From positions 143,716,001 through 143,780,000 of the forward strand of contig OX597818.1 of assembly GCA_951406725.2 (NCBI GenBank): a DNA stretch of 64,000 bases. The letters are read 5' to 3'. The stretch is from Octopus vulgaris. Its lineage: Eukaryota. Shown one piece after another: positions 1 through 11,309 of the stretch. Below the pieces are notes generated by a model, which was not told where the DNA came from, did no database searches, and worked only from the letters and a program-made list of their open reading frames with translations. Both the position numbers and the translations under genes were made by a program. Position 1 is the stretch's first letter. Every line of letters starts with the position of its first letter.

Positions 1-169
1 AATAATATTATCCGTCAATCTTTTCTCTCTCCTCCTCACCACCACCACCACCTCTTTCTCCCTCCTCTCCTCTCTCTTTCTCTCTCTCTCTCTCTCTCCT
101 CACCACCACCACCTCTTTCTCCCTCCTCTCCTCTCTCTCTCCTCACCACCACCTCTTTCTCCCTCTTCT

Positions 170-205
<36 letters not shown>

Positions 206-777
206 GGCATTTCATTGAAAATAGCGAAATTACTCTTATAAATAGTTCCTTCATGTTCTCGGCTGCCTTTATTACTCTCTCTCCTTCACCTTATCTACTC
301 TCTCTCTCTCTCTCTCTCTCTCTTATCGCCACACCCACATATTTCACTCTTTTCATTTCAGTCTCTTTCCTTTCTTTTCTTTTTTTCTCCATTTCGTTCA
401 TCTTTTTTCATTCTTTTTCATTCATTCTCCTCATTTTCTTTCTTTCTATATTTAACTTTCCTCATCTTCTTTCTTCCTTTTCTTTCGCTATCCTCGTTTT
501 TTATTATTTATTTTACTAATATTACCTTCTCTCTTACTTTCTATCTTCATATTCATTCCACCTTTATTTTATTTTATTTCCTTCTTTCTTTCTTTCTCTC
601 CTTCTTTCTTTCTTTCTTTCTTTCTTCATTCATTCATTCATGTACTTACATCTTGCTGTCTAAGCTTGTCTGGTTATCTCGATGTGTGTCCCCCCTCCCA
701 TTACGCACACCACACAATATTCCTATATGTAAATAATTGGATATGGAGGGGGAAAAAATGAACACACACACACCTAC

Positions 778-907
778 ATACATACATACATTCATACATA
801 CATACATACATACATACATTCATACATACATACATACATACATACATACATACATACATACATACATACATACACACACACATACATACATACATACATA
901 CATACAT

Positions 908-939
<32 letters not shown>

Positions 940-962
940 CTACATACATACATACATATACA

Positions 963-994
<32 letters not shown>

Positions 995-1015
995 CATACA
1001 TACATACATACATAC

Positions 1016-1046
<31 letters not shown>

Positions 1047-1126
1047 CATACATACATACATATACATACATACATACATACATACATACATACATACATA
1101 CATACATACATACATACATACATACA

Positions 1127-1158
<32 letters not shown>

Positions 1159-1196
1159 CATACATACATACATACATACATACATACATACATACA

Positions 1197-1228
<32 letters not shown>

Positions 1229-1494
1229 CATACATACATACATACATACATAAATACATACATACATGCATACATACATAGATACACACATACACACATA
1301 CATACATACATACATACATACATACATACATACATACATACATACATACATACATACATACATACATACATACATACATACATACATACATACATACATA
1401 CATACATACATACATACATACATACATACATACATACATACATACATACATACATACATACATACATACATACATACATACATACATACATACA

Positions 1495-1530
<36 letters not shown>
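778..1530. repeat. (TACA)n microsatellite, ~750 bp
   Basis: Near-perfect tetranucleotide array; source of the MYVC/HTYI pseudo-ORFs. Confidence 0.97.
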
Positions 1531-1767
1531 TTCCAATTCACGTGAGCCTTCTAAGCTATCTTAAGGTCTTAAGGAGCTTTCTGTCTATATATTTCTTAAA
1601 TATATATGTGGTGCAGCTATTGTAAATCAGTCTGACACAGGATCTTTCCTCTCCCAGCGCCACCCCTCCGACCCTCAAACCTAACAAAATACTCCTCAAT
1701 TGCACAGTGTTTCTGGCTTATTTTTTTATAGAATTGCATCTTCTCAGTAGTATTTGCAGCGATGTAT

Positions 1768-1824
<57 letters not shown>

Positions 1825-1838
1825 CAGCAGTAGTAGTT

Positions 1839-1888
<50 letters not shown>

Positions 1889-1889
1889 G

Positions 1890-1951
<62 letters not shown>

Positions 1952-1993
1952 CGTGGTGCCGGCGGTGGCGGTGGCGGTGGTGGTGGTGGTGGT
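1768..1993. repeat. (GTA)n/(GTG)n compound trinucleotide microsatellite
   Basis: Direct reading of the sequence. Confidence 0.95.
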
Positions 1994-2799
1994 CTCAGAG
2001 CCAGCCCATAGGTTGTTGCGCGATTCCGACCCTTACTCCCACCCGGGGCAAGCTGAATTTCGGTATTCTTACTGGTGTGTATTTATTTATTTATTTATTT
2101 ATTTATTCTGCTTCTTTGAATTTCCGCTCTGAGGAAAAACTGTAAAGGTAGAAATAAAGTGTTTGTTACAATAAACAATACAAAGAGAATAGTTCAAACA
2201 TAGCATCATAGTTTCAATGTCTTTCAATTAAAATTACTAGGAGAGAAAGGGGGAGGGAGAGAGAGAGAGAGAGAGAGAGATAAGGAGAGAAGAGACAGAT
2301 AAACAAACAGACAGAGATACAAAGAAAGAGGACGACAGACAGACATATTCAAACTATATTACTGGTAATATTTTTGTTAAAAACACTGAGCAGAGAAAGT
2401 CCGAAAGTTGCAGCAGTTGACTCCCTGTAGATATAACGGTTTTTGTCTGAATAAGTTTCAAACTATCTACTAAAGAACAGATACTAAACAAAAATACATG
2501 CATTATCCTAACTAAAATATGTTAAATCTCGACTACAGATCTGTAAATATTTTCATAGCAGCACTTTCTATATCAATTTTTATTACAATAGCATTTTCTA
2601 CTGACAAAATTGCCAAAGAAACCCGTCCGTCTTTGTATTTGGAAGATCTCGAACGCATGATATTGCGACCCTAGCACGTGGCGCTCCAGGCGACCGCACG
2701 AGTTGTCACGACTTCAGCCAAATCCTGAGTGACTATTGTTGCTATTTAACCCATGAGCAAAGACGGAACTGTCTCGTCCTTTGTAAGAACTTTGTAAGA

Positions 2800-3000
2800 A
2801 GAATCATTGGCGCGTCGGATAAAATGCTCAGCGGCATTTCTTCTGGTTTTACGTTCTCAGTTCAAATTCTGCCAACGTCATCTGTGCCTTTCATCCTTTC
2901 GGGGTCGATAAAATAAGTACTAATTGAGCACCTGAGTTAATGTAATCGACGATCAGCCGCTTCCTTAAGAATGCCTACACCTTGTGCCTATAAGTAAATA
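2800..3000 (+). mobile_element. SINE family B copy (tRNA-type head plus GCCTTTCATCCTTTCGGGGTCGATAAA core), diverged
   Basis: Matches by eye the best copy at 45375-45592; B-box-like AGTTCAAATTC. Confidence 0.75.
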
Positions 3001-3591
3001 GGATTGTTGAGCGTTTGTTCTTTTTTAAGAGAAAAGCGTGAAGTTGCCGAAGATTTGGCTGTTATTTTTAGCTGTAGGAACAACTACTTAGAAGCTCTAC
3101 GTTTATATGGCTGGTACTCATGTCAAGATACAAGAAGTGGATTGGATGTCATAGACGTATTTGAAACTCCTGCCTTTAAGACCTGAGCAACAAAAACAAC
3201 GACAGAAAATACTTGAAAAATTAATTCAGATGGTTGGCACCACATTAACTTTCTCTATCAACGCTGTTGACATGAAATAGAAAGGTACTGTCTAACCGCA
3301 ATATTATTATCTTTTATCTATTACCTCTTACTTGCCCAAGATACCACACATTGGGGCTCAACGCGCAACCACGTCGTTTCAAATCGCACTTTTCACATAG
3401 CCATGCCTGCGCCTATATATAGTTAAAAAAAAAAGAAAAGAACTTGCATGTATGCCTTTATAAAAATACTTAAGCTGTACCTATAACTCCTTCCTACACC
3501 TCCACAAAGTATATATACAGTTTGTTACATAGATGGCATTTCGTTCACGATATTCTCCTGCTCTATAATTGTTCCAACGTTACATTAATTA

Positions 3592-3733
3592 TAAGGTTGT
3601 CCCAAAAGTTCGTAGAAAGTCTTGGAAAATAATGGTCTTTATTTTGAAGAATAATTTTTGTTGTTTTTTGTTAGTACTTGGCGAGTAAAAATTCAATTTT
3701 CGCAAGTGTTTACGAACTTTTGGGACAACCTAA
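3592..3733. mobile_element. Mariner-type MITE, ~142 bp
   Basis: TIRs TAAGGTTGTCCCAAAAGTTCGTA / TACGAACTTTTGGGACAACCTAA, flanked by TA on both sides. Confidence 0.85.
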
Positions 3734-4339
3734 TATTTAGAAAATAAAAACAATAGACTTGAAATCGGGCATCATCAAATAAAGTATTTCCTTTCCAGTA
3801 ACACAAGAAATGCAACGAAACGCAACATTAATCATCATAATCAGCGTGAAATTGTTGAAACAATTGTAAACGATGAAATGAAAATGATATCGCAGAGCCG
3901 AACCTTCAATGTTTATTATTTATACTTTACGGTGGGTGAATGTCGGACGAATGGCCAGTGTGAAAGGACCAATTCTGAGTAGACACCTGTGAAGAAATAA
4001 AAAGAAAAGGACTCTTGCTCTGTTGGTCAGGTTCCCGTGGCTTTTGTGGGCTTTTTCCACGAGGACCTTTAAAGCGCCTCTCCTATTGAGAGTTTTACGT
4101 TGTCCAATTTTTTATTTTGTGTTGATTACACGAGGAAAACCTTTTGTATCATCTTGTGTTGTCTTTTAATGTTATTGTAAGTCCTTTATTGTGGCCTATA
4201 AACAAATGAATTGTACTCAACGGCGGCAAAGTGATATGAATATTCTCTTCACAATTTTCAGATATCCACTGTCCGTAGAAGTGTTTCTCAAGGTAAACTC
4301 ATACATTATGATTATCTTATCCCAACAAACCTCCTCCTC

Positions 4340-4456
<117 letters not shown>

Positions 4457-5187
4457 TACGCGCGCGCACGCACGCACACACACATACAATTACAATGAGT
4501 TACATACAGTACCTTACAGTACAGTACCTTACATACAGTACCTTACAGTACCTTACAGTACACAAAGAAGATATAGTAAAGAAAAGGGAACCGCATGCGA
4601 ACATACTTAGAGCATCGGCAGGTACCACATTCAGTTAAGAGAAGAAAACAACAACAACAGTAATAATAATGTGCAAACAACACGTTAAAACCGCGATAGA
4701 TTATGTCAGTCCTGCCCTCTAGTTTCTCCACGATATAATACATGGAACACAAACCAGCGTACAACGCGCCACCACATACTGTACGTTCATATCGCGAAGG
4801 TACACATAGTGTACCTTCACATCGAAGCAAAATTGCTAAAAATTAAGAGCCACTTGGATGTGTGAGGGTCAGTTTGTTGCCGCATTAAGCTTTCAGCTTA
4901 CACTATCATTTCCACCGTATGAAAAGCCACATTCAAACACCACCACCTATATTTGCTAAACCTCGCTAAGATAAATATTTCAATTACCTGAAGATTGACT
5001 GTAACCATAACTCGAATTATTACGAATTGGACAGCCATGAAACGATCGTAGTGTTTTACTCATTATCTTTTATTAAACTTTAATACTTTTGATATATATT
5101 TAAAATAATATAAATTAATTAATTTTATGTATTGGCTTAAGTTTTTCATTGTTTGATTTGCCTAATAGTGGTTTTATCTCTAATTTA

Positions 5188-5227
<40 letters not shown>

Positions 5228-5729
5228 ACCAGAGCACTACTACAGGGCTACACTTAAAGCAATATCTCTTCCAGTTAGCCCAGACAAACATAAAAACACA
5301 TACTCATAGAAATAGAGTATCAGTAACGTCCTTGTTCCAAACATTATGCTGGGATGTACACCACCGACAATACGTGCGCAGGAGCAGCAAACAACGTGCT
5401 CTGATCAGGGTCACATTATTCAACTTCTTTATAGTTATTACTAAACTATATTGATATACAGAAATATACTAAACAGTAGAGAGATCACAAAATACTTAGA
5501 TTATTACATTACGTCCCATACACGGTATGCCCACAACGGTAGCCAGCTAAATGAAGACATGGTATATCTGATAATGTATATATATATATATATATATATA
5601 AACAATTTATATGTAAAGCAAAAGAAACATTTATAAATTTATAAATTGTTTATAAATTTAACCTTTAAAGGTATTTTGTTAATATGCTGACCATTGATAG
5701 AATTTTTATCAAAAAATGTTATCCTATAT

Positions 5730-5793
<64 letters not shown>

Positions 5794-6463
5794 GGTTACA
5801 CCACATTGCTTTTCATAGGTCTGTTTCTATTAAAACTGACTAAGGGTAACACAACCTCAATTGACCGTTGATCAATAGTTTCAAAAGCAGCAATCATAAA
5901 TTGAAAACTAACTTATCAAAAATATTGCTAATCTGTTAAATTTGGAGTTGTGGCAACAAGTCGTCCGCAACCCACAAGTTGACCACGTTGGTTTGTTTTT
6001 CTTTTAGATTTTTACTAAAGCAATTACAAATTTGTACTTCTGGGTAATTGAACACTTGATGGTTTATAAATGACTTTTGTACCACGATTTTTGCTTACAT
6101 AAGCATTACCAGTCATGAAAATTGGAGCATGATATCACGGGATATTTTTATAGACTTGATATAATATGATATACTTACGAGCAATAAGCAGAGATTAGAA
6201 AGATATTTTTTTTAAATGGTCGATTTTTGGTGCTTGGACTTCACTAACAAGATTCGCGATTTTACTGAGGATAGCAATACATTTCTTAGTTCCTGATTCT
6301 ACCAACTTATGCTTAAGGTCCATATTTCTAATTTTTCAGTACAATATAAACAAAAGATAATAATTAAGCACATAAAAATATTTTACAAGTTGATCAAGCT
6401 TCTACTTCCATCTCAACTCCGTTTATGATACGAAATTATTTAACGTAATACATGTGTATAAGT

Positions 6464-6856
6464 ACTCTTTTACTCTTTTACTTGTTTCAGTCATTTGACT
6501 GCGGCCATGCTGGAGCACCGCCTTTAATCGAGCAACTCGACCCCGGGACTTATTCATCTGTAAGCCCAGTACTTATTCTATCGGTCTCTTTTGCCGAACC
6601 GCTAAGTAACGGGGACATAAACACACCAGCATCGGTTGTCAAGCAATGCTAGGGGGACAAACACACACACACATATATATATATACATATATACGACGGG
6701 CTTCTTTCAGTTTCCGTCTACCAAATCCACTCACAAGGCTTTGGTCGGCCCGAGGCTATAGCAGAAGACACTTGCCCAAGGTGCCACGCAGTGGGACTGA
6801 ACCCGGAACCATGTGGTTGGTAAACAAGCTACTTACCACACAGCCACTCCTGCGCC
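6464..6856 (-). mobile_element. SINE family A, full-length (tRNA-derived head, internal TA/TG microsatellite, CR1-type 3' tail)
   Basis: A box TGGCTGTGTGGT, B box GGTTCAGTCCC, 3' GGCGGTGCTCCAGCATGGCCGCAGTCAAATGACTGAAAC plus (GAGTAAAA)n. More than 10 copies or fragments occur in the window. Confidence 0.92.
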
Positions 6857-6917
6857 TATATATAAGTGTATATTTTTTATATTGAATAAGATGTACACTT
6901 TATTTTTAGGAACATAC

Positions 6918-6973
<56 letters not shown>

Positions 6974-7677
6974 CTTATATAATCATACATGCTTCTTTCC
7001 TTCATACGTGTGTGCGTTGGGAGAGAAAGAGAGAATGTGTTTATGAATGACTGTGAACGTATATCTATATATATATAACAGATGTGTGTATATATTATAT
7101 ATATTACATAGGTTATAAATTTCAATTCCGTGTTAATTCCCTTCGATAACCTCAGCATACGAAATAATCAAATGAAAGTTACTTCCCTGTATTACGTGAC
7201 CCCATTACAAGGTATGTAACAGAATGTGAAAGCAACACGTGTTATCTCCCTTAACAACCTTGCTCATCATTTCAACTGGTTTCTTTTTACTATTTGAGCT
7301 GTTTCTAATAAAATATAAATAGCAGTAATTTTCTTATTAATATTATTTTTATTTCTATTACTAATATTTTTTATTTTCTTCCTTTCTTTCTTTTCCTTTT
7401 CTCCCTTTCTTTGTTATATTTGAGCACATATTTTTATTCTTATACTCAAATACAAGCAAATTTATTCATACATAAAAAATATTTAATCCTTCATGAAACA
7501 CGAAGGAAACATCTACGTCGTCGTTCCGCCTGCTAACAACAACAGCTAAATCTCCTTAGGTTAGATGATGTGATCCTAGCATCCCTGTGAATAGTTCCAG
7601 GTATGTGTTTGCTCGTGCAGAAACGCACAAAGACACAAGCGCACATCTACACCACATACACACATATATATACAATC

Positions 7678-7718
<41 letters not shown>

Positions 7719-7812
7719 AACAGAGAGAAACAGAGAGAGATGCATAGTACATATATACGTGTACACACATTTACATATATATATATATATATACACACAC
7801 ATATACATATAC

Positions 7813-7868
<56 letters not shown>

Positions 7869-7916
7869 ATGTATGTATATGTATATGTGTGTGTATATAT
7901 ATACATATACATATAC

Positions 7917-7975
<59 letters not shown>

Positions 7976-7977
7976 CA

Positions 7978-8218
7978 CAAGGTGGCCCAAAAGTAGGTTT
8001 GTTGTTATCCCGTAGGTACTTTAAATCTCTTTTAAAATATTTTATAACATTTAAATTTCAATCTTACGAACTGGAAAGGGAGCTTGACAAGATTAACTCG
8101 ATTAACATAGAATAATTGTTTCACATTTTTTTATATATATATAATTAAGTTCTAAACTGTTAATATATGAATGCGAAAGAGATACTTGAATAACTAAACC
8201 TACTTTTGAGCCACCCTG
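7978..8218. mobile_element. Tc1/mariner-type MITE, ~240 bp
   Basis: TIRs CAAGGTGGCCCAAAAGTAGGTTT / AAACCTACTTTTGAGCCACCCTG. Confidence 0.8.
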
Positions 8219-8278
8219 CATATATATAATACATACACATATATAGGCATACATGCATACATACATACATACATATAA

Positions 8279-8357
<79 letters not shown>

Positions 8358-8403
8358 AACATACATACATACACACATACATACATACGTACATACATAC
8401 ATA

Positions 8404-8575
8404 CGCGGATCCGTGGAACAAGCTGCCAGACAAGATGGTGAAGATGCCGACGACCGCTTTGTGGCCTGAACTCTTTACATGAACACCACCCTGTACTTAA
8501 CTCCATGTCCCCCTACATGGCCTTGCTATTTGCTTTTGAGCCAAATTAACTAACTAACTAAACTAACTAACTAAC
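8404..8575 (+). mobile_element. Extreme 3' end of a CR1/L2-group LINE inserted in (CATA)n
   Basis: Encodes WNKLP (typical ORF2 C-terminus), followed by a short 3'UTR and an (AACT)n tail. Confidence 0.6.
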
Positions 8576-8672
8576 ATACATACATACATACATACATACA
8601 TACATACATACATACATACATACATACATACATACATAAATACATACATACATACATACGTATACATACATG

Positions 8673-8753
<81 letters not shown>

Positions 8754-8760
8754 TTATATA

Positions 8761-9604
8761 CAGTGTGCGATGAGTATATTGTTGCCATTATACACTTTTA
8801 GTTTCGTGCATGCGCATTGTTTGTTTTTGATTTTGTTGACTACACAGTATAGTAGGGTCAGTTTGGCACCGTTTGTGAGAAAAACAGCATCATGACACAA
8901 TTCACTCTGTCAGAAATTTTGATTTTACATGCTGTACTGCCTGGCGTTTGCACCGGGAGCTCCAATACGAACATATCAGAGTGTTGGGTGTCAATTTGAG
9001 TCCTCGAAATATGTACCATGAGTGATAAAAATCAAACATCCTGTCAGCATCATATTGTTTGAAATGATCACTAGAGGTGGCGACGTTATGCATGGAGGCC
9101 TACTTCAAGTGCCTGGGGAAGTAGTGCTACTCTGAGTGAAGAGGGTGGTTACTGGAAGACCTATGTCTAACAACAGGACTCTGCACCCTGACACACATGC
9201 AGGAGAACCCAGTCATGACTGTCAGATAATTCTTGAAACCACATCACCCCTTAACATCTAACCACCTAACTCTCCAGACTGCAACCCCACTTGATTATTA
9301 TGTGTGGGGCGCAGTTGAGCGAGAGACCAACAAAACTCCTTGTAACACCAAAGTCGAACTGAAGGCAAGAATTATGGCAGCATTCACCAACTTAAACAAG
9401 GAGACCGTTCAGAAGAGTCGCAGGAGATTCCAAAGTCGTCTGGAAGTTGTGGTTGAAGCCAATGGTGACTTTATTGAAAAAATTTACTCATTAGTATTTC
9501 AAGATATTTTTATGTAATTTTGATAAATATTTCTGCTAAAATGTGACGTCAGTGTTATTACCATTTTTGCGTAATTTAGACGACAATTCATTCACCGCAC
9601 CTTG
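8761..9604 (+). mobile_element. Internally deleted Tc1/mariner-superfamily transposon (maT/DD37D-like)
   Basis: Degenerate TIRs CAGTGTGCGATGAGTATATTG / CAATTCATTCACCGCACCTTG with TA flanks. Frameshifted transposase C-terminus PPNSPDCN..PLDYYVWGAVERETN...EANGDFIE. Confidence 0.8.
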
Positions 9605-9627
9605 TACACACATACACACACACACAC

Positions 9628-9683
<56 letters not shown>

Positions 9684-9947
9684 TTAAAGAAAGTGGTGTT
9701 TATGGCGTTTGCAGACCGTCCTACATTGGTGAGATCCATTAAAGCTTGAACTTTAACTTGATGATTGACTAAATTATTTGGTGCAGGATATTGTGATGAT
9801 ACATGATACATGAAACTAAAGCATTCTAGTAGATTCTCACCCGTCTGTTATCTATGAGCAAGGAACCTAGGACTACATTTTCTAATGTCAATATTATCTA
9901 ACATTATCTAAGACTTTAGGGCGTAACCTGAAAGAATTTAGATACTA

Positions 9948-10249
9948 CTAGCAGTATCGCCCGGCGTTGCTCGGGTTTGTAAGGGAAATAACTATATAAG
10001 CATTTTTAGAGAGTTACTTCCCTTATATAATAGCAAAAAATGCATTAAAAATGGGAAAAAATGATGGTAAATTTTTTTTTTAATCGTAGACTCATCGTAG
10101 ATGTGCGCTAATACCCAGAAGGGCTCAATATGAATCACGACTATAAGATACCCGCTTTTGGTTAAACTGCACCGCAAAATGTGGGAGTAGTTAGGAATCT
10201 AAATCGTAGGAGACAGACACTCACACAACTTCACTTTTATATATAAAGA
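9948..10249 (-). mobile_element. Non-autonomous Helitron, ~300 bp
   Basis: On the minus strand: 5' TC, 3' hairpin CCCGAGCAACGCCGGG, CTAG terminus, inserted between A and T without TSD. Same family as 24050-24945. Confidence 0.85.
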
Positions 10250-10889
10250 TTTCAGTCAGACCCATCACTAGTTTTTTTATTTTTTATCCAGAGCCGTTGA
10301 TCTTCAGGAGATAAGAGCTGGTGTGTCGGTCAAAGATATAGGCAGATGAGAACAATAAGAGGTGCAATATTTCAGATGAACAAATAGTTCATCATCTGTA
10401 CCAGTGTTGTTGCTGTGGGGGAGGCCTGAGGCCCAAGGAAATTTGCATGTTTTGAAAACACCGGGAATAACGAGAGTATCAACAATATCACTTGACCTAT
10501 TGACATTCATTGGTTAACAGACTCTCCCCAGCCTCTGACACCCAAGTGGGGTCTCACCTCCCTCTATTTCTTCTATCGCTACTATAATGACCTTTGTTCT
10601 TCGAAGCTGGCTAGTCTCCTACCTCTACTCAGCTACTTCTCATCCACTCACCCCGCCACCTTTCGTCACCATTTTTTGCATTCATGCATCTTCAGAGCTT
10701 ACACACGCCATACATGTTCCTCTTCAGAAAATTGGCCTTCTGGAATCTTCTCCATACTCGTGTCTTTCTTGCTGGTGTTGATCTGCTCGAGTTAACGGCA
10801 TCAAGTCCACCGCTTTTTACTTTCTAAGTTTTATCAATTGACATAAATTTATTTAATTGTACATGTTGGTAGAGTAACTGTACCATAGA

Positions 10890-11075
10890 ACGAGGGTGGG
10901 CTAAAAAGGTCATAGGCTGACCAAAATACTCTAATGGAACGTAACCAAATAAGGTTTCTTTTTCAATATAGTTCCCCTTGCGGTCCACACACTTCTTCCA
11001 TCGGTATTACAGTGCTTGGATCCCATTGCTAAAGAAGCTTTGATCCTAGCGGTAAAAAAAAGTCATCAACAACTA
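10890..11075 (-). mobile_element. Mariner 3' fragment
   Basis: Minus strand encodes RWKKCVDRKGNYIEK; TIR-like ACGAGGGTGGGCTAAAAAGGTCATAGG. Confidence 0.65.
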
Positions 11076-11309
11076 ATATGACGTCATCATCATGCCTTTT
11101 CTATACAAAATACTGAGGTTATCAACTTTCTTGCAGATGAAACGCCCTTGGCCTTCTTTGGAGTAGGTGGGGGGCGTTTCCACTGGATACATAGATATAT
11201 ATATGTACATACACATATGCATAGATACATACGTACATACATACATACATACATACATACATACATACATACATACATTCGTACATACATACATACATAC
11301 ATACATACA

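Noticed and set aside
6770-6856. tRNA genes (also 57280-57354)
   Set aside because: A and B boxes are present, but these are heads of multicopy SINEs and no complete cloverleaf is evident.
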